A stretch of 64,000 nt of DNA. Origin: Bacilli bacterium (GTDB lineage: Bacteria; Bacillota_I; Bacilli_A; RF39; UBA660). Made by a program: the position numbers and the translations under genes. The first letter of the stretch is position 1, and every line of letters begins with the position of its first letter. The notes under the pieces were generated by a model that worked only from the letters and a program-made list of their open reading frames with translations, ran no database searches and was not told the origin of the DNA. Positions 1 to 8,912 of the stretch are shown piece by piece. The DNA is taken from assembly GCA_050948865.1 (NCBI GenBank), contig JBMNEQ010000003.1, positions 3,147 to 67,146 on the forward strand. The letters are read 5' to 3'.

Positions 1-330
1 TTGGGCATTTCCTTTTTAATAATAGAAGGAATACTAAATAAAATTAAACCAATAAAAGTGTAAATGGTTTGAGTTGGCCAATTAATAAAGAAGTAATCAA
101 TAATATTAGCAAAAGTAATAAGACCAATTAAAATACCGAATAATATTTGGCCTAAAAAGAGGAGATTTTCCTTTCTAGAAAGAGTTTTTCTTTTTAAAAT
201 ATCAGAAATAGCAAAAATAATTTTATCAAATAAACCAAAGAGGACTATAATTGTTCCTCCGCTTACTCCAGGAATGATATTAGCGATCCCAATTGCAACG
301 CCTGTTAAAATGTTTTTTAGCATGTTAACC
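1..330 (-). CDS. DUF368-family polytopic membrane protein, 5' partial (start codon at 328-330; gene continues off the window edge). Possible polyprenyl-phosphate transporter family.
   Basis: Manual translation of the minus strand gives MLKNILTGVAIGIANIIPGVSGGTIIVLFGLFDKII..., containing the PGVSGGT motif remembered for DUF368. Hydrophobic throughout. Confidence 0.5.
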
Positions 331-376
331 TCCGATTAAAATTATATCTAATGAAAAATAAAAAAACAATAGACAA

Positions 377-405
377 TTGACAATTGTTTAACTAAAATAT
401 ATAAT
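377..405 (+). promoter_or_regulatory. Sigma-70/SigA-type promoter with a perfect consensus, TTGACA-17 nt-TATAAT.
   Basis: ttgaca at 377-382, 17-nt spacer, tataat at 400-405. Sits upstream of the T-box-like leader. Confidence 0.7.
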
Positions 406-412
406 ATGTTTA

Positions 413-640
413 TAGCGTTGATGAGGAAGAGTAATATTAATACTATTTAAAAGAGAGTTAGGATGGTGGAATCTAACAATAAAGGTTAATATGAAAAACA
501 CCTTGTAGCTACTTACCGAAAGATAGTAGGCTAAGTCGGAAACCTCCGTTATCAGATTAAAGATGAGTGATCATTTTAATGATAAATGGGGTGGCACCGC
601 GGAATATAGTTTCGTCCCTTCTAGGGAGAAACTGTTTAAA
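413..640 (+). promoter_or_regulatory. T-box riboswitch-like leader with a probable Asn specifier.
   Basis: aaatggggtggcaccgcgg at 584-602 closely matches the T-box consensus AAUUAGGGUGGNACCGCG. AGAGAG at 452-457 fits the Stem I GA motif. Candidate specifiers AAC at 475-477 and AAU at 478-480 are each followed by A. A hairpin at 606-630 (agtttcgtccc...gggagaaact) followed by guuuaaaa is a candidate terminator. Confidence 0.55.
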
Positions 641-642
641 AG

Positions 643-718
643 GCCTAATTAGCTCAGTTGGTAGAGTACCCGGCTGTTAACCGGATCGTCGTAGGTTCGA
701 GTCCTACATTAGGCGCCA
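643..718 (+). tRNA. tRNA-Asn (anticodon GTT)
   Basis: 76 nt. Acceptor gcctaat/attaggc, anticodon loop ctGTTaa, T-arm ggttcgagtcc, encoded CCA. Confidence 0.9.
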
Positions 719-723
719 GATAA

Positions 724-799
724 GCCTGATTAGCTCAGTTGGTAGAGTACCCGGCTGTTAACCGGATTGTCGTAGGTTCGAGTCCTACATCAGGCGCCA
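724..799 (+). tRNA. tRNA-Asn (anticodon GTT), second copy with 3 substitutions
   Basis: Near-identical to the first copy. Acceptor gcctgat/atcaggc, loop ctGTTaa, CCA encoded. Confidence 0.9.
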
Positions 800-814
800 T
801 TAAGAAGGTAAATA

Positions 815-842
815 AACAGTAAGAATTCTTGCTGTTTTTTTT
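815..842 (+). terminator. Rho-independent terminator
   Basis: Hairpin aacagtaag-aatt-cttgctgtt followed by a T8 run. Confidence 0.7.
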
Positions 843-863
843 AATAAATAAAGGAGGATTTAA

Positions 864-1157
864 ATGGGATTAAATAAAGAAAGAATAAAAGATTATGCCG
901 CTAGTTTATTTTTTAAATTAGAGGAAGAAGAATTAGAATTAGTGGAAAAGGATTTAAAAAGGATTGAAGAGTATGAAAAGATAATTAATAAAGTAGCTCA
1001 TCTTGAAGAGGTAGAACCTTTAGCTTTTCCTTTTTCTTTAAAGGATAATACTTTTAGAGAGGATGAAGTTAAGGAAATATTATCAACTAAAGAAGCTTTA
1101 AAAAATGCTAAAGAGGTAGAGAATAATGAAATAAGGATTCCTAAGGTGGTGGGATAA
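864..1157 (+). CDS. gatC: Asp/Glu-tRNA amidotransferase subunit C
   Basis: 97 aa, GatC-like (conserved REDEV near the C-terminus). RBS aaaggagg upstream. Directly precedes gatA. Confidence 0.8.
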   Translation: MGLNKERIKDYAASLFFKLEEEELELVEKDLKRIEEYEKIINKVAHLEEVEPLAFPFSLKDNTFREDEVKEILSTKEALKNAKEVENNEIRIPKVVG

Positions 1158-1158
1158 G

Positions 1159-2493
1159 ATGAAATATTTAGATTTAACGATTGAAGAACTTCATTCTTTA
1201 ATAAAAGAGAAAAAAATAACAGCAATGGATTTAATTAATGAATCATTAAAAAGAATTGAGAAATACCAAGAAGATAATAATCCTTTAATAACAGTTTTAA
1301 AACCAGCAGGGCTTATTCAAGAAGATTCTAGTTATTTAGCGGGAATTCCTTATGTATTATCTGATAATATAACGACGAAGGGAATTTTAACAACTGGTTC
1401 TTCTGATTTATTAAAAGATTATATTCCTGTTTTTAATGCTACTGTAGTAGAAAAATTAAATAAAGAAAAGGCTCTTTTAATGGGGAAAGCTATATTAACG
1501 GAGCTTGGTTTAAATATTGAAAATAATGAAAATTTTATCAGTGGGGCTGCTTCTTCAGTTTTGTTAGGAATGGTTTCTTTTGCCCTTGATTCTGATACGA
1601 CGGGTTCAGTTCGAAAGACAGCTGCTTTTCGGGGGATAGTTGGTTTTAAACCTACTTATGGATTAGTTTCTCGTTTTGGGTTAATGCCTTTTTCTTCTTC
1701 TCTTGATCATATTGGTTGTTTTACAAAAAAGGTTAAAGATTTACCTTATATTTTAAATGCTATTAAAGGTTATGATGAAAAAGATTCGACAAGTTTAAGA
1801 AACGATAAGATAGATTATATATTACAATTAGATGATAATGTTAAAGGGAAGAAATTATTTTATTTTAAAGAAATGATGGAAGAAGGGGATCAAAAGGTTT
1901 TAGATAACTTTAAAATGGTTCTTAAAAAGTGTAAGAAGTTGGGAATAATAGTGGAAGAAGTTTCAATTAATAAAGCTCTTTTAAAAGCATTATCTCCAGC
2001 AACTGTTATTATTTCTTTAGCGGAAGCTGCTTCTAATAATGCTAATTTAACGGGACTTAATTTTGGTATTCGTGGTCAAGGAAATTCAATCGATGATCTT
2101 TTGATTGATGCTCGTTTTAAAGGTTTTACTTCTTTAACTAAAAGTAAATTTATTATTGGTCATTATGTTTTACAAAAGGAAAAGAAAGAAAAGTTATTTT
2201 TAAATGCTCAAAGGATTAGAAGAATGATTGTGGAGAAAATGAATGAATTATTTTCTTCATATGATGCTTTAATTTTACCTTCTTCTAATGGTTTTAAAAA
2301 AGATGATGATCATCTTCTTGATAGTCATTTAGTAATTGGTAATTTAGGGGGTTATCCTAGTGTTTCTCTTCCTAGTGGAAATAGTCCTTTTAGTATTAAT
2401 ATTACTGGTCCAATAAAAAAAGATTTAGAGGTTTTAAAGTTGGCTTTGGCTTTAGAAAATGAATTTAATCAAGGGGGGGATCAAGATGTATAA
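1159..2493 (+). CDS. gatA: Asp/Glu-tRNA amidotransferase subunit A (amidase family)
   Basis: 444 aa with an amidase-signature region (SGAASS...DSDTTGSVRKTAAF). Operon position between gatC and gatB. Confidence 0.8.
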   Translation: MKYLDLTIEELHSLIKEKKITAMDLINESLKRIEKYQEDNNPLITVLKPAGLIQEDSSYLAGIPYVLSDNITTKGILTTGSSDLLKDYIPVFNATVVEKLNKEKALLMGKAILTELGLNIENNENFISGAASSVLLGMVSFALDSDTTGSVRKTAAFRGIVGFKPTYGLVSRFGLMPFSSSLDHIGCFTKKVKDLPYILNAIKGYDEKDSTSLRNDKIDYILQLDDNVKGKKLFYFKEMMEEGDQKVLDNFKMVLKKCKKLGIIVEEVSINKALLKALSPATVIISLAEAASNNANLTGLNFGIRGQGNSIDDLLIDARFKGFTSLTKSKFIIGHYVLQKEKKEKLFLNAQRIRRMIVEKMNELFSSYDALILPSSNGFKKDDDHLLDSHLVIGNLGGYPSVSLPSGNSPFSINITGPIKKDLEVLKLALALENEFNQGGDQDV

Positions 2494-3910
2494 AGTGGTA
2501 ATTGGATTAGAGGTTCATTGTGAATTAAAAACAAAAGCGAAAGTTTTTTCTTCAGCTCCTAATTATTATAATAAAATACCTAATGAGAATATTGCTCTTG
2601 GTGACTTGGGATTTCCTGGAACATTACCAGCAGTTAATAAAAAAGCTGTGGCTTTGGCTTTAAAAATGGCTTTAGCTTTAGATTGTGAAATTCCTAGAGA
2701 ATTATTATTTGATCGAAAGAACTATTTTTATCCTGATTTACCAAAAGGATATCAAATTACTCAAGTAACTAAACCTCTTGGGAAAAATGGAGTTTTAATA
2801 GTTAATGTTGAAGGTATTGATAAAGAAGTTCAAATTAAACAACTTCATTTAGAAGAAGATACTGCTAGTTTAGATCATTTTGATGATTATTCTTTACTTG
2901 ATTATAATCGTTCTGGAGTTCCTTTAGTGGAAATAGTTACGGAACCCTGTTTACATAGTAGTAAAGAAGTTTTAGCCTTTTTAGAAGCTTTAAGATCAAT
3001 TTATCTTTATTGTGATGTTTCAGAAGCAAGAACGGATCAAGGACAAATGCGCTGTGATGTTAATGTTTCTTTAATGAAAGAAACAGATCAAGAATTAGGG
3101 ACTAAAGTAGAAATGAAAAATATTAATTCTTTTAATAATGTTAAAGATGCGATTGAATATGAAATTAAAAGGCAAACAGAATTATTAAATAATAATCAAA
3201 AGGTAATTATGGAAACAAGAAGGTTTGATGATGATAAAAGAAAAACTTATAGTATGAGAACAAAGGCAGAAGCAGTTGATTATAAATATTTTATTGATCC
3301 TAATTTACCACCAATTGATTTACCTTTAAATTTTATAGAAGAAATTAAAAAAACTATTCCTAAACTGCAATATGAAAGAATTAATATTTATATGAAAGAA
3401 TATAACTTATCTAGGTATGATGCTACTATTTTAGTTAAAGAAAAGGAGATTGCTGATTATTTTGAAGAAGCGCTTACTTATACGAAAAATTATCAAACAT
3501 TGGTTAATTGGATTAACGGGATCATTTTAGGTCATCTTAATAAATATGAATTATCTATTAAAGAACTATTTATCACTCCGAAAATGTTAGTTGAATTAAT
3601 TAGTCAAGTAGATGGTGGTTTTATTTCGATCAAACAAGGGAAAAAGGTTTTATATGAATCTTTAGAAAAAGGGAAAGCTCCCTTAGATATTATTAAAACT
3701 TCTAATATATCTCAAATAACAGATGAAGATCAAATAAAAGAGTTTGTTAAAGAAGTTTTAGAAGAAAATGAGAATCTTATTTTAGAATATAAAAATGGTC
3801 GAAATAATGTTTTAGATTATCTGATTGGTCAAATTATGAAAAAATCAAGAGGGAAGGCTAATCCAGCTTTAAGTTCAAAAGTTTTAAAGGAAGAAATAGA
3901 AAAAAGATAG
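2486..3910 (+). CDS. gatB: Asp/Glu-tRNA amidotransferase subunit B
   Basis: Likely start at the internal ATG 2486 (MYKVVIGLEVHCEL), the typical GatB N-terminus, with an RBS aagggggg upstream. The gatB ORF overlaps the 3' end of gatA. Confidence 0.85.
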   Translation: MYKVVIGLEVHCELKTKAKVFSSAPNYYNKIPNENIALGDLGFPGTLPAVNKKAVALALKMALALDCEIPRELLFDRKNYFYPDLPKGYQITQVTKPLGKNGVLIVNVEGIDKEVQIKQLHLEEDTASLDHFDDYSLLDYNRSGVPLVEIVTEPCLHSSKEVLAFLEALRSIYLYCDVSEARTDQGQMRCDVNVSLMKETDQELGTKVEMKNINSFNNVKDAIEYEIKRQTELLNNNQKVIMETRRFDDDKRKTYSMRTKAEAVDYKYFIDPNLPPIDLPLNFIEEIKKTIPKLQYERINIYMKEYNLSRYDATILVKEKEIADYFEEALTYTKNYQTLVNWINGIILGHLNKYELSIKELFITPKMLVELISQVDGGFISIKQGKKVLYESLEKGKAPLDIIKTSNISQITDEDQIKEFVKEVLEENENLILEYKNGRNNVLDYLIGQIMKKSRGKANPALSSKVLKEEIEKR

Positions 3911-3919
3911 GAGAATTTG

Positions 3920-5227
3920 ATGGAAAGAATTTATGTTAAAGATTTAAAAGATTATCTTGGAAAAGAAATTATAATAAAAGGTTTTCTTAAAAAAATAAGG
4001 GAATTAAAACAAATAATATTTATTGATTTTAATGATATTAGTGGTGATATTCAATTAATTGTAGAAAAGGAACAAGAAAAATTAGTTAAAAAAGTTAAAG
4101 AAATAACTTTAGAGTCAGCAATAAAGGTTAATGGTAAAGTTAGAACTAAAAGTAAAGAGGAGTTAGAAATAGAAGTTTTAGATATAGAATGTTTTAGTTT
4201 AGCAGAAAAAAAACTTCCTATTGATTTTAGTGGTAAAACAGAAACTTCTTTGGAAATAAAATTAGATTGGCGTTATTTAGATTTACGAAATTATAATAAA
4301 AGTTTAATTTTTAAAGTGCAAACTTTATTAGAATCAGCTTTAAGAGAATATTTTAAGAAGAGATCCTTTATAGAAATTCATAGTCCTAAAATTATTGGGG
4401 CTCCTAGTGAATCAGGGGCTGAAGTTTTTGAACTTAACTATTATGAAGGAAAAGCTTTTTTAGCTCAATCGCCTCAATTTTATAAACAAATGGGAATGGC
4501 AGCGGGATTGGATAAAGTTTATGAAATAGGTCCTGTTTTTCGGGCTGATCGTTCTAGTACTAATGTTCATGCAGCAGAATTTACAGGAATTGATGCTGAG
4601 ATTTCTTGGATAGATTCTGAAGAAGAGGTTATGAAGTTAAAAGAAGAAATGCTTGTTTATACTATTAAAAAGGTTAAAGAGGTTTATGGAGAAGAAATAA
4701 AAACTGTTTTTAAAAAGGATTTAGTTATTCCCTCTTTACCATTTCCTAGAATTAAGATGAAAGAAGCTTTAGAAATAGTTAAAGAAAGAGGTCATTCTAA
4801 TCCTGGAAAACTTCATAGTGATTTAGATAGTGAAGGGGAACGTTTATTAGGGGACTTTATTAAAGAAACGAAAGGTCATGATTTTGTTTTTGTTACTGAT
4901 TTTCCTTATGTTAAAAGACCTTTTTATCATATGAAAAAGGAAACTGATCCAACCTTAACTAAAAGTTTTGATTTATTATATGGTGGTGTTGAAATAACTA
5001 CTGGAGCTCAAAGGGAACACCGTTATGATGTTCTTTTAGCTCAATCTAAGGAAAAAGGATTATCAGAAGAAAGCATTGGTTTTTATTTAGATTTCTTTAA
5101 ATATGGTTGTCCTCCTCATGGAGGATTTGGGAGTGGTTTAGCTCGTATTTTAATGGTGATGTTAGGCTTTGATAGTATAAAAGATGTTTCCTTTATTTTT
5201 AGAAACCAAACTCGTTTATGGCCTTAA
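3920..5227 (+). CDS. aspS: Archaeal-type (type 2) aspartyl-tRNA synthetase, probably non-discriminating
   Basis: 436 aa class IIb aaRS with the AspRS QSPQ motif (FLAQSPQFYKQ) and C-terminus GGFGSGLARI...RLWP. Co-located with gatCAB and tRNA-Asn. Confidence 0.8.
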   Translation: MERIYVKDLKDYLGKEIIIKGFLKKIRELKQIIFIDFNDISGDIQLIVEKEQEKLVKKVKEITLESAIKVNGKVRTKSKEELEIEVLDIECFSLAEKKLPIDFSGKTETSLEIKLDWRYLDLRNYNKSLIFKVQTLLESALREYFKKRSFIEIHSPKIIGAPSESGAEVFELNYYEGKAFLAQSPQFYKQMGMAAGLDKVYEIGPVFRADRSSTNVHAAEFTGIDAEISWIDSEEEVMKLKEEMLVYTIKKVKEVYGEEIKTVFKKDLVIPSLPFPRIKMKEALEIVKERGHSNPGKLHSDLDSEGERLLGDFIKETKGHDFVFVTDFPYVKRPFYHMKKETDPTLTKSFDLLYGGVEITTGAQREHRYDVLLAQSKEKGLSEESIGFYLDFFKYGCPPHGGFGSGLARILMVMLGFDSIKDVSFIFRNQTRLWP

Positions 5228-5296
5228 TTTTTTTTAAGTTCCAATTTTTATGTATATTTTTTCATGTTTTTGCCACTATATATTTAGGAGGTTAGA

Positions 5297-5830
5297 ATGA
5301 AGGCTAGAATATTATTAATAATGTTATTCATCTTAACAGGCTGTACTCTTTTTCAATCAAATACATCTCCTAAAAGGACTGTTGAACATTTCTTTAGTAA
5401 ATATCAAACTTTGGATAAAGAGATAGATACTCAATTAGATGATGTTATTAGTAAGGAAGATTTAACAGAAACTCAAAAGAAAGATTATAAAGAGATAATG
5501 AAAAAACAATATAATGATTTGACTTATACAATAAAGGATGAAATCATTGATGGTAATAATGCTATTGTAACAGTAGAAATTGAGGTTTATGATTTAGCAG
5601 GATCACAAAAGGATATTGAAGAAAATTTAAATGAAAATAGAGAAGATTTCTTAAAAGATAATGAATTTTCTAACGAATTATATATGGATTACCGAATCAA
5701 GAAATTAAAAGAAGAACGGAAAAGAATTAAATATACTCTAGATTTAAGATTAACGAAAAATGATAAAGATAAATGGTTTATTGATGATTTATCAGAAGCA
5801 GAAAAGAAAAAAATTCATGGAGTTTATTAA
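5297..5830 (+). CDS. Lipoprotein of unknown function
   Basis: Signal peptide with lipobox (ILTGC). Charged mature domain. RBS aggagg. Confidence 0.6.
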   Translation: MKARILLIMLFILTGCTLFQSNTSPKRTVEHFFSKYQTLDKEIDTQLDDVISKEDLTETQKKDYKEIMKKQYNDLTYTIKDEIIDGNNAIVTVEIEVYDLAGSQKDIEENLNENREDFLKDNEFSNELYMDYRIKKLKEERKRIKYTLDLRLTKNDKDKWFIDDLSEAEKKKIHGVY

Positions 5831-5832
5831 AA

Positions 5833-5860
5833 AAAGACTAATTGGTCTTTTTTTTTCATA
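5833..5860 (+). terminator. Rho-independent terminator
   Basis: aaaagac-taatt-ggtctttt followed by a T run. Confidence 0.65.
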
Positions 5861-5879
5861 ATTATTATTGGAGGCCTTT

Positions 5880-6959
5880 ATGAAAAGACTTTTAATAATA
5901 ATTATTTTTTTTCTTTTTTCTTTAGTTTCTATTAATGCATTAGAAGTTTCAGGAGAAGCTTTAATTTTAATGGATGAGGATTCTGGTCGGATTTTATATA
6001 GTGTTTCTCCTTATAAAGAGAAGTTAATTGCTAGTATTACTAAAATTATGACGGCTGTAATAGCCATTGAATCTAATCAGTTAGATGATTTAATAACAGT
6101 TGATAGCATAATAAAAGAAGCTTATGGATCTAATATTTATCTTGAGGTTGGAGAAAAGATGAAATTAAGGGATTTAGTCTATGGATTAATGCTTCGTAGT
6201 GGAAATGATGCGGCTTTAGTAATTGCTAAATATTTAGCTAAAGATGAAAAGGGCTTTGTTAAAAAGATGAATAATAAAGCGAAAAAATTAGGGATGAAAA
6301 GGACTTTCTTTCTTAATCCTCATGGATTAGATGAAGATGGGGGAAATAAATCTACAGCTTATGATATGGCGTTACTTACAAAATATGCTAATCAATTAAA
6401 AGAATATCAAAATATTGTTAAAACAAAAGTTTGGCAAGTTAAAACTAATAAGAAAACTTATGTTTGGCATAATAAAAATAAAATTCTTCGTCTTTATAAA
6501 TGGTCAACGGGAGGGAAAACAGGTTTTACTGAAAAAGCAAGAAGAACTTTAGTTACTACTGCTAGTAAGAATAATCTTAATCTTATTGTGGTTACTTTAA
6601 ATGATGGAAATGATTGGATGACACACCAAACTTTATATGAATATGCTTTTAATAATTATCGTCGTTATTTAGTTTTAAATAAAAAGAAATTTATTTTGAA
6701 AAGTGATTACTATCAAGAAAGATTATATATTAAAAATGATTATTATTATCCATTAAAACATGAAGAGACTAAAGAAGTGGTTTTAAAAGCTAAACTATTT
6801 AAAAATAAGCATTATAAAAATGAAGATAAGGTTGGTGAAGTAGAAGTTTATTTTCAAAATAAAATAGTTCATACTGAAGATATTTTTATTGAAGTTTTAC
6901 CTAAAAAGTTTAATAAAAATATTAGTTGGTGGCAAAGAATTTTCAGGTGGTTTTCATGA
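5880..6959 (+). CDS. dacB: D-alanyl-D-alanine carboxypeptidase (sporulation PBP5*-like)
   Basis: SxxK (ASITK), SGN (RSGND) and KTG (GGKTG) motifs, plus a signal peptide. Followed by spmA-spmB as in the B. subtilis dacB-spmA-spmB operon. Likely start ATG 5880 after RBS ggagg. Confidence 0.85.
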   Translation: MKRLLIIIIFFLFSLVSINALEVSGEALILMDEDSGRILYSVSPYKEKLIASITKIMTAVIAIESNQLDDLITVDSIIKEAYGSNIYLEVGEKMKLRDLVYGLMLRSGNDAALVIAKYLAKDEKGFVKKMNNKAKKLGMKRTFFLNPHGLDEDGGNKSTAYDMALLTKYANQLKEYQNIVKTKVWQVKTNKKTYVWHNKNKILRLYKWSTGGKTGFTEKARRTLVTTASKNNLNLIVVTLNDGNDWMTHQTLYEYAFNNYRRYLVLNKKKFILKSDYYQERLYIKNDYYYPLKHEETKEVVLKAKLFKNKHYKNEDKVGEVEVYFQNKIVHTEDIFIEVLPKKFNKNISWWQRIFRWFS

Positions 6960-7534
6960 TCAATAAAATTTGGGGTTTATTTATTATTGTAGGTATTTTA
7001 TATGGTATTTTAACCGGTAATATTGAAGATATAAATAAAGAAATAATAAATAGTGCTAAAACATCACTAGATTTGTTTTTAAACATTTTACCTATTATTA
7101 CCTTATGGGTAGGGATTATGACAATTGCTAAAGAGAGTGGTTTGCTTGATAAATTAAGTAAAATCTTAGCGCCTCTTTTATCTTTAATTTTTCCTGATAT
7201 TCCAAAGGGTCATGAATCTTTAGGTTTTATTTCTTCTAATATTATTGTTAATATTTTTGGTTTAGGTAGTGCGGCGACACCGTTTGGCTTAAAAGCAATG
7301 AAATCTTTACAAGAATTAAATGATAAAAAGGATACAGCAACTAGAAGTATGATAACCTTTTTAGTTTTAAATACAAGTGGAATGACTCTTATTCCGACCA
7401 CTGTTATTTCTCTACGAATGTTTTATCAGAGCTTTAATCCAACAGAAATAATTATGACAACGATTATTGCGACAATGGCTTCTTCAACAGGTGGTTTATT
7501 ATTAGATCGTTTTATAAATAGAATTAAGAGGTGA
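6956..7534 (+). CDS. spmA: Spore maturation protein A (nucleoside-transporter-like membrane protein)
   Basis: Roughly 190-aa polytopic membrane protein immediately after dacB. ATGA start/stop overlap with dacB. Confidence 0.75.
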   Translation: MINKIWGLFIIVGILYGILTGNIEDINKEIINSAKTSLDLFLNILPIITLWVGIMTIAKESGLLDKLSKILAPLLSLIFPDIPKGHESLGFISSNIIVNIFGLGSAATPFGLKAMKSLQELNDKKDTATRSMITFLVLNTSGMTLIPTTVISLRMFYQSFNPTEIIMTTIIATMASSTGGLLLDRFINRIKR

Positions 7535-7537
7535 CAA

Positions 7538-8065
7538 ATGTTTTTAGTTAATTTATCTTCTTATATATTACCTTTATTAGTTTTGGTAGTAATTATTTAT
7601 GCTCTTTTTAAGAGAGTTAATATTTATGATATGTTTATAATAGGAGCTAAAGATGGTCTAGAAATTAGTATTGGTATTTTCCCTTATTTATTAGGTATGA
7701 TTGTAGCAATCAATGTTTTATTAAAAAGTAATATTCTTACTGATATTTTATTTTTATTAAAACCTTTATTTATCTTTTTGAAGTTTCCTTTAGAAATAGT
7801 TCCAATGGCGATTATGAGACCAATTTCTGGATCCTCAACTTTAGTTTTAATGAATGATATCTTTTTAAAGTATGGCGTTGATTCTTTTTTAGGACGTTTA
7901 GCTTCTACTCTTCAAGGTAGTACTGATACAACTATTTATATCTTAACTTTATATTTTGGTTTTATTGGCATAAAAAAAATAAAACATGCTCTTTGGGTAG
8001 GACTGTTTGCAGATTTAATAGGAGTGACGGCAAGTGTTTTAATAGTTTCTTTAGTTTTTGGTTAA
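7538..8065 (+). CDS. spmB: Spore maturation protein B
   Basis: 175-aa membrane protein completing the dacB-spmA-spmB arrangement. Confidence 0.75.
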   Translation: MFLVNLSSYILPLLVLVVIIYALFKRVNIYDMFIIGAKDGLEISIGIFPYLLGMIVAINVLLKSNILTDILFLLKPLFIFLKFPLEIVPMAIMRPISGSSTLVLMNDIFLKYGVDSFLGRLASTLQGSTDTTIYILTLYFGFIGIKKIKHALWVGLFADLIGVTASVLIVSLVFG

Positions 8066-8094
8066 AAAATTATATAATAATAAGGGTGAAAGAA

Positions 8095-8802
8095 ATGATA
8101 AGATTACAAAAGGTTATTGCTAAATCAGGTTATACTTCTAGAAGAAAAGCTGAAGAATTAATTAAAAGGGGAAGGGTTTTAGTTAATGGAAAAGTAGTTC
8201 AAGAATTAGGAACAAAAGTTTCTAAGGAAGATATAATCGTAGTTAATGGCCTAATTTTAAAACAAGAACAAAAGGTTTATTATTTATTTTATAAACCAAG
8301 GGGAGTAGTCACAACAGTTAAAGATGATAAAAAGAGGAAAACTGTTTTAGATTTTTTTCCTTTAAAAGAAAGGATTTATCCAGTAGGAAGACTTGATTAT
8401 CATACTTCAGGCCTTTTATTATTAACTAATGATGGGGAACTTACTAATTATTTATTACATCCTAAAAATGAAATAGAAAAAGTTTATTTAGTTAAAATAA
8501 AAGGAATAGTAGATAATAAGATAATTAATCAATTAAAAAAGGGTGTTTTTATTGATGGTAGTATAAGTAAGGCTAAGAAAATTAAAGTGAATAAAAAGGA
8601 TTTAGAAAAACAAATCTCTTTTTTAGAAATAACTATTCATGAAGGTAAAAATCATCAAGTTAAAAAGATGTTTAATAAAGTAGGCTTAGATGTTTTAAAA
8701 TTAAAAAGAATTTGTTTTTCTTTTTTAAATTTAAAAGGATTAAAAACTGGAGAATATCGAAAGTTAACGATTAGAGAAATAAAAAAATTGTTTAGAGTTT
8801 AG
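8095..8802 (+). CDS. Pseudouridine synthase, RsuA/RluB family (S4 domain plus PseudoU_synth_2)
   Basis: MIRLQKVIAKSGYTSRRKAEELIKRGRVLVNG is an S4 domain. GRLDYHTSGLLLLTNDG is the catalytic Asp motif. ATG 8095 with RBS preferred over the upstream ORF extension. Confidence 0.85.
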   Translation: MIRLQKVIAKSGYTSRRKAEELIKRGRVLVNGKVVQELGTKVSKEDIIVVNGLILKQEQKVYYLFYKPRGVVTTVKDDKKRKTVLDFFPLKERIYPVGRLDYHTSGLLLLTNDGELTNYLLHPKNEIEKVYLVKIKGIVDNKIINQLKKGVFIDGSISKAKKIKVNKKDLEKQISFLEITIHEGKNHQVKKMFNKVGLDVLKLKRICFSFLNLKGLKTGEYRKLTIREIKKLFRV

Positions 8803-8912
8803 ATGAATTTTATTTGGAATAAAAAATGACAAATCATGTTAATTACCACTAAAAAAGTAGATTTCTAAAAAACGTTATGCTATAATTTTGGTAATAAAGG
8901 GAAGAGGTGGTA

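Noticed and set aside
998-1225. Antisense or overlapping small ORFs 998..1225 (-), 7210..7401 (-), 8849..9052 (-), 10787..11056 (+), 13845..14027 (+), 15012..15197 (+), 15277..15552 (-), 28137..28319 (-), 31192..31389 (+), 33210..33401 (-), 38071..38295 (-), 50485..50667 (-), 52861..53175 (-), 55160..55411 (+), 56038..56229 (+).
   Set aside because: Each overlaps a well-supported longer gene on the other strand or frame. They have low-complexity AT-rich translations, no RBS and no recognisable motifs.
7993-8094. Upstream 34-codon extension of the pseudouridine synthase ORF.
   Set aside because: The extension overlaps the spmB 3' end and lacks an RBS. The ATG at 8095 has an RBS and begins the conserved S4 domain.
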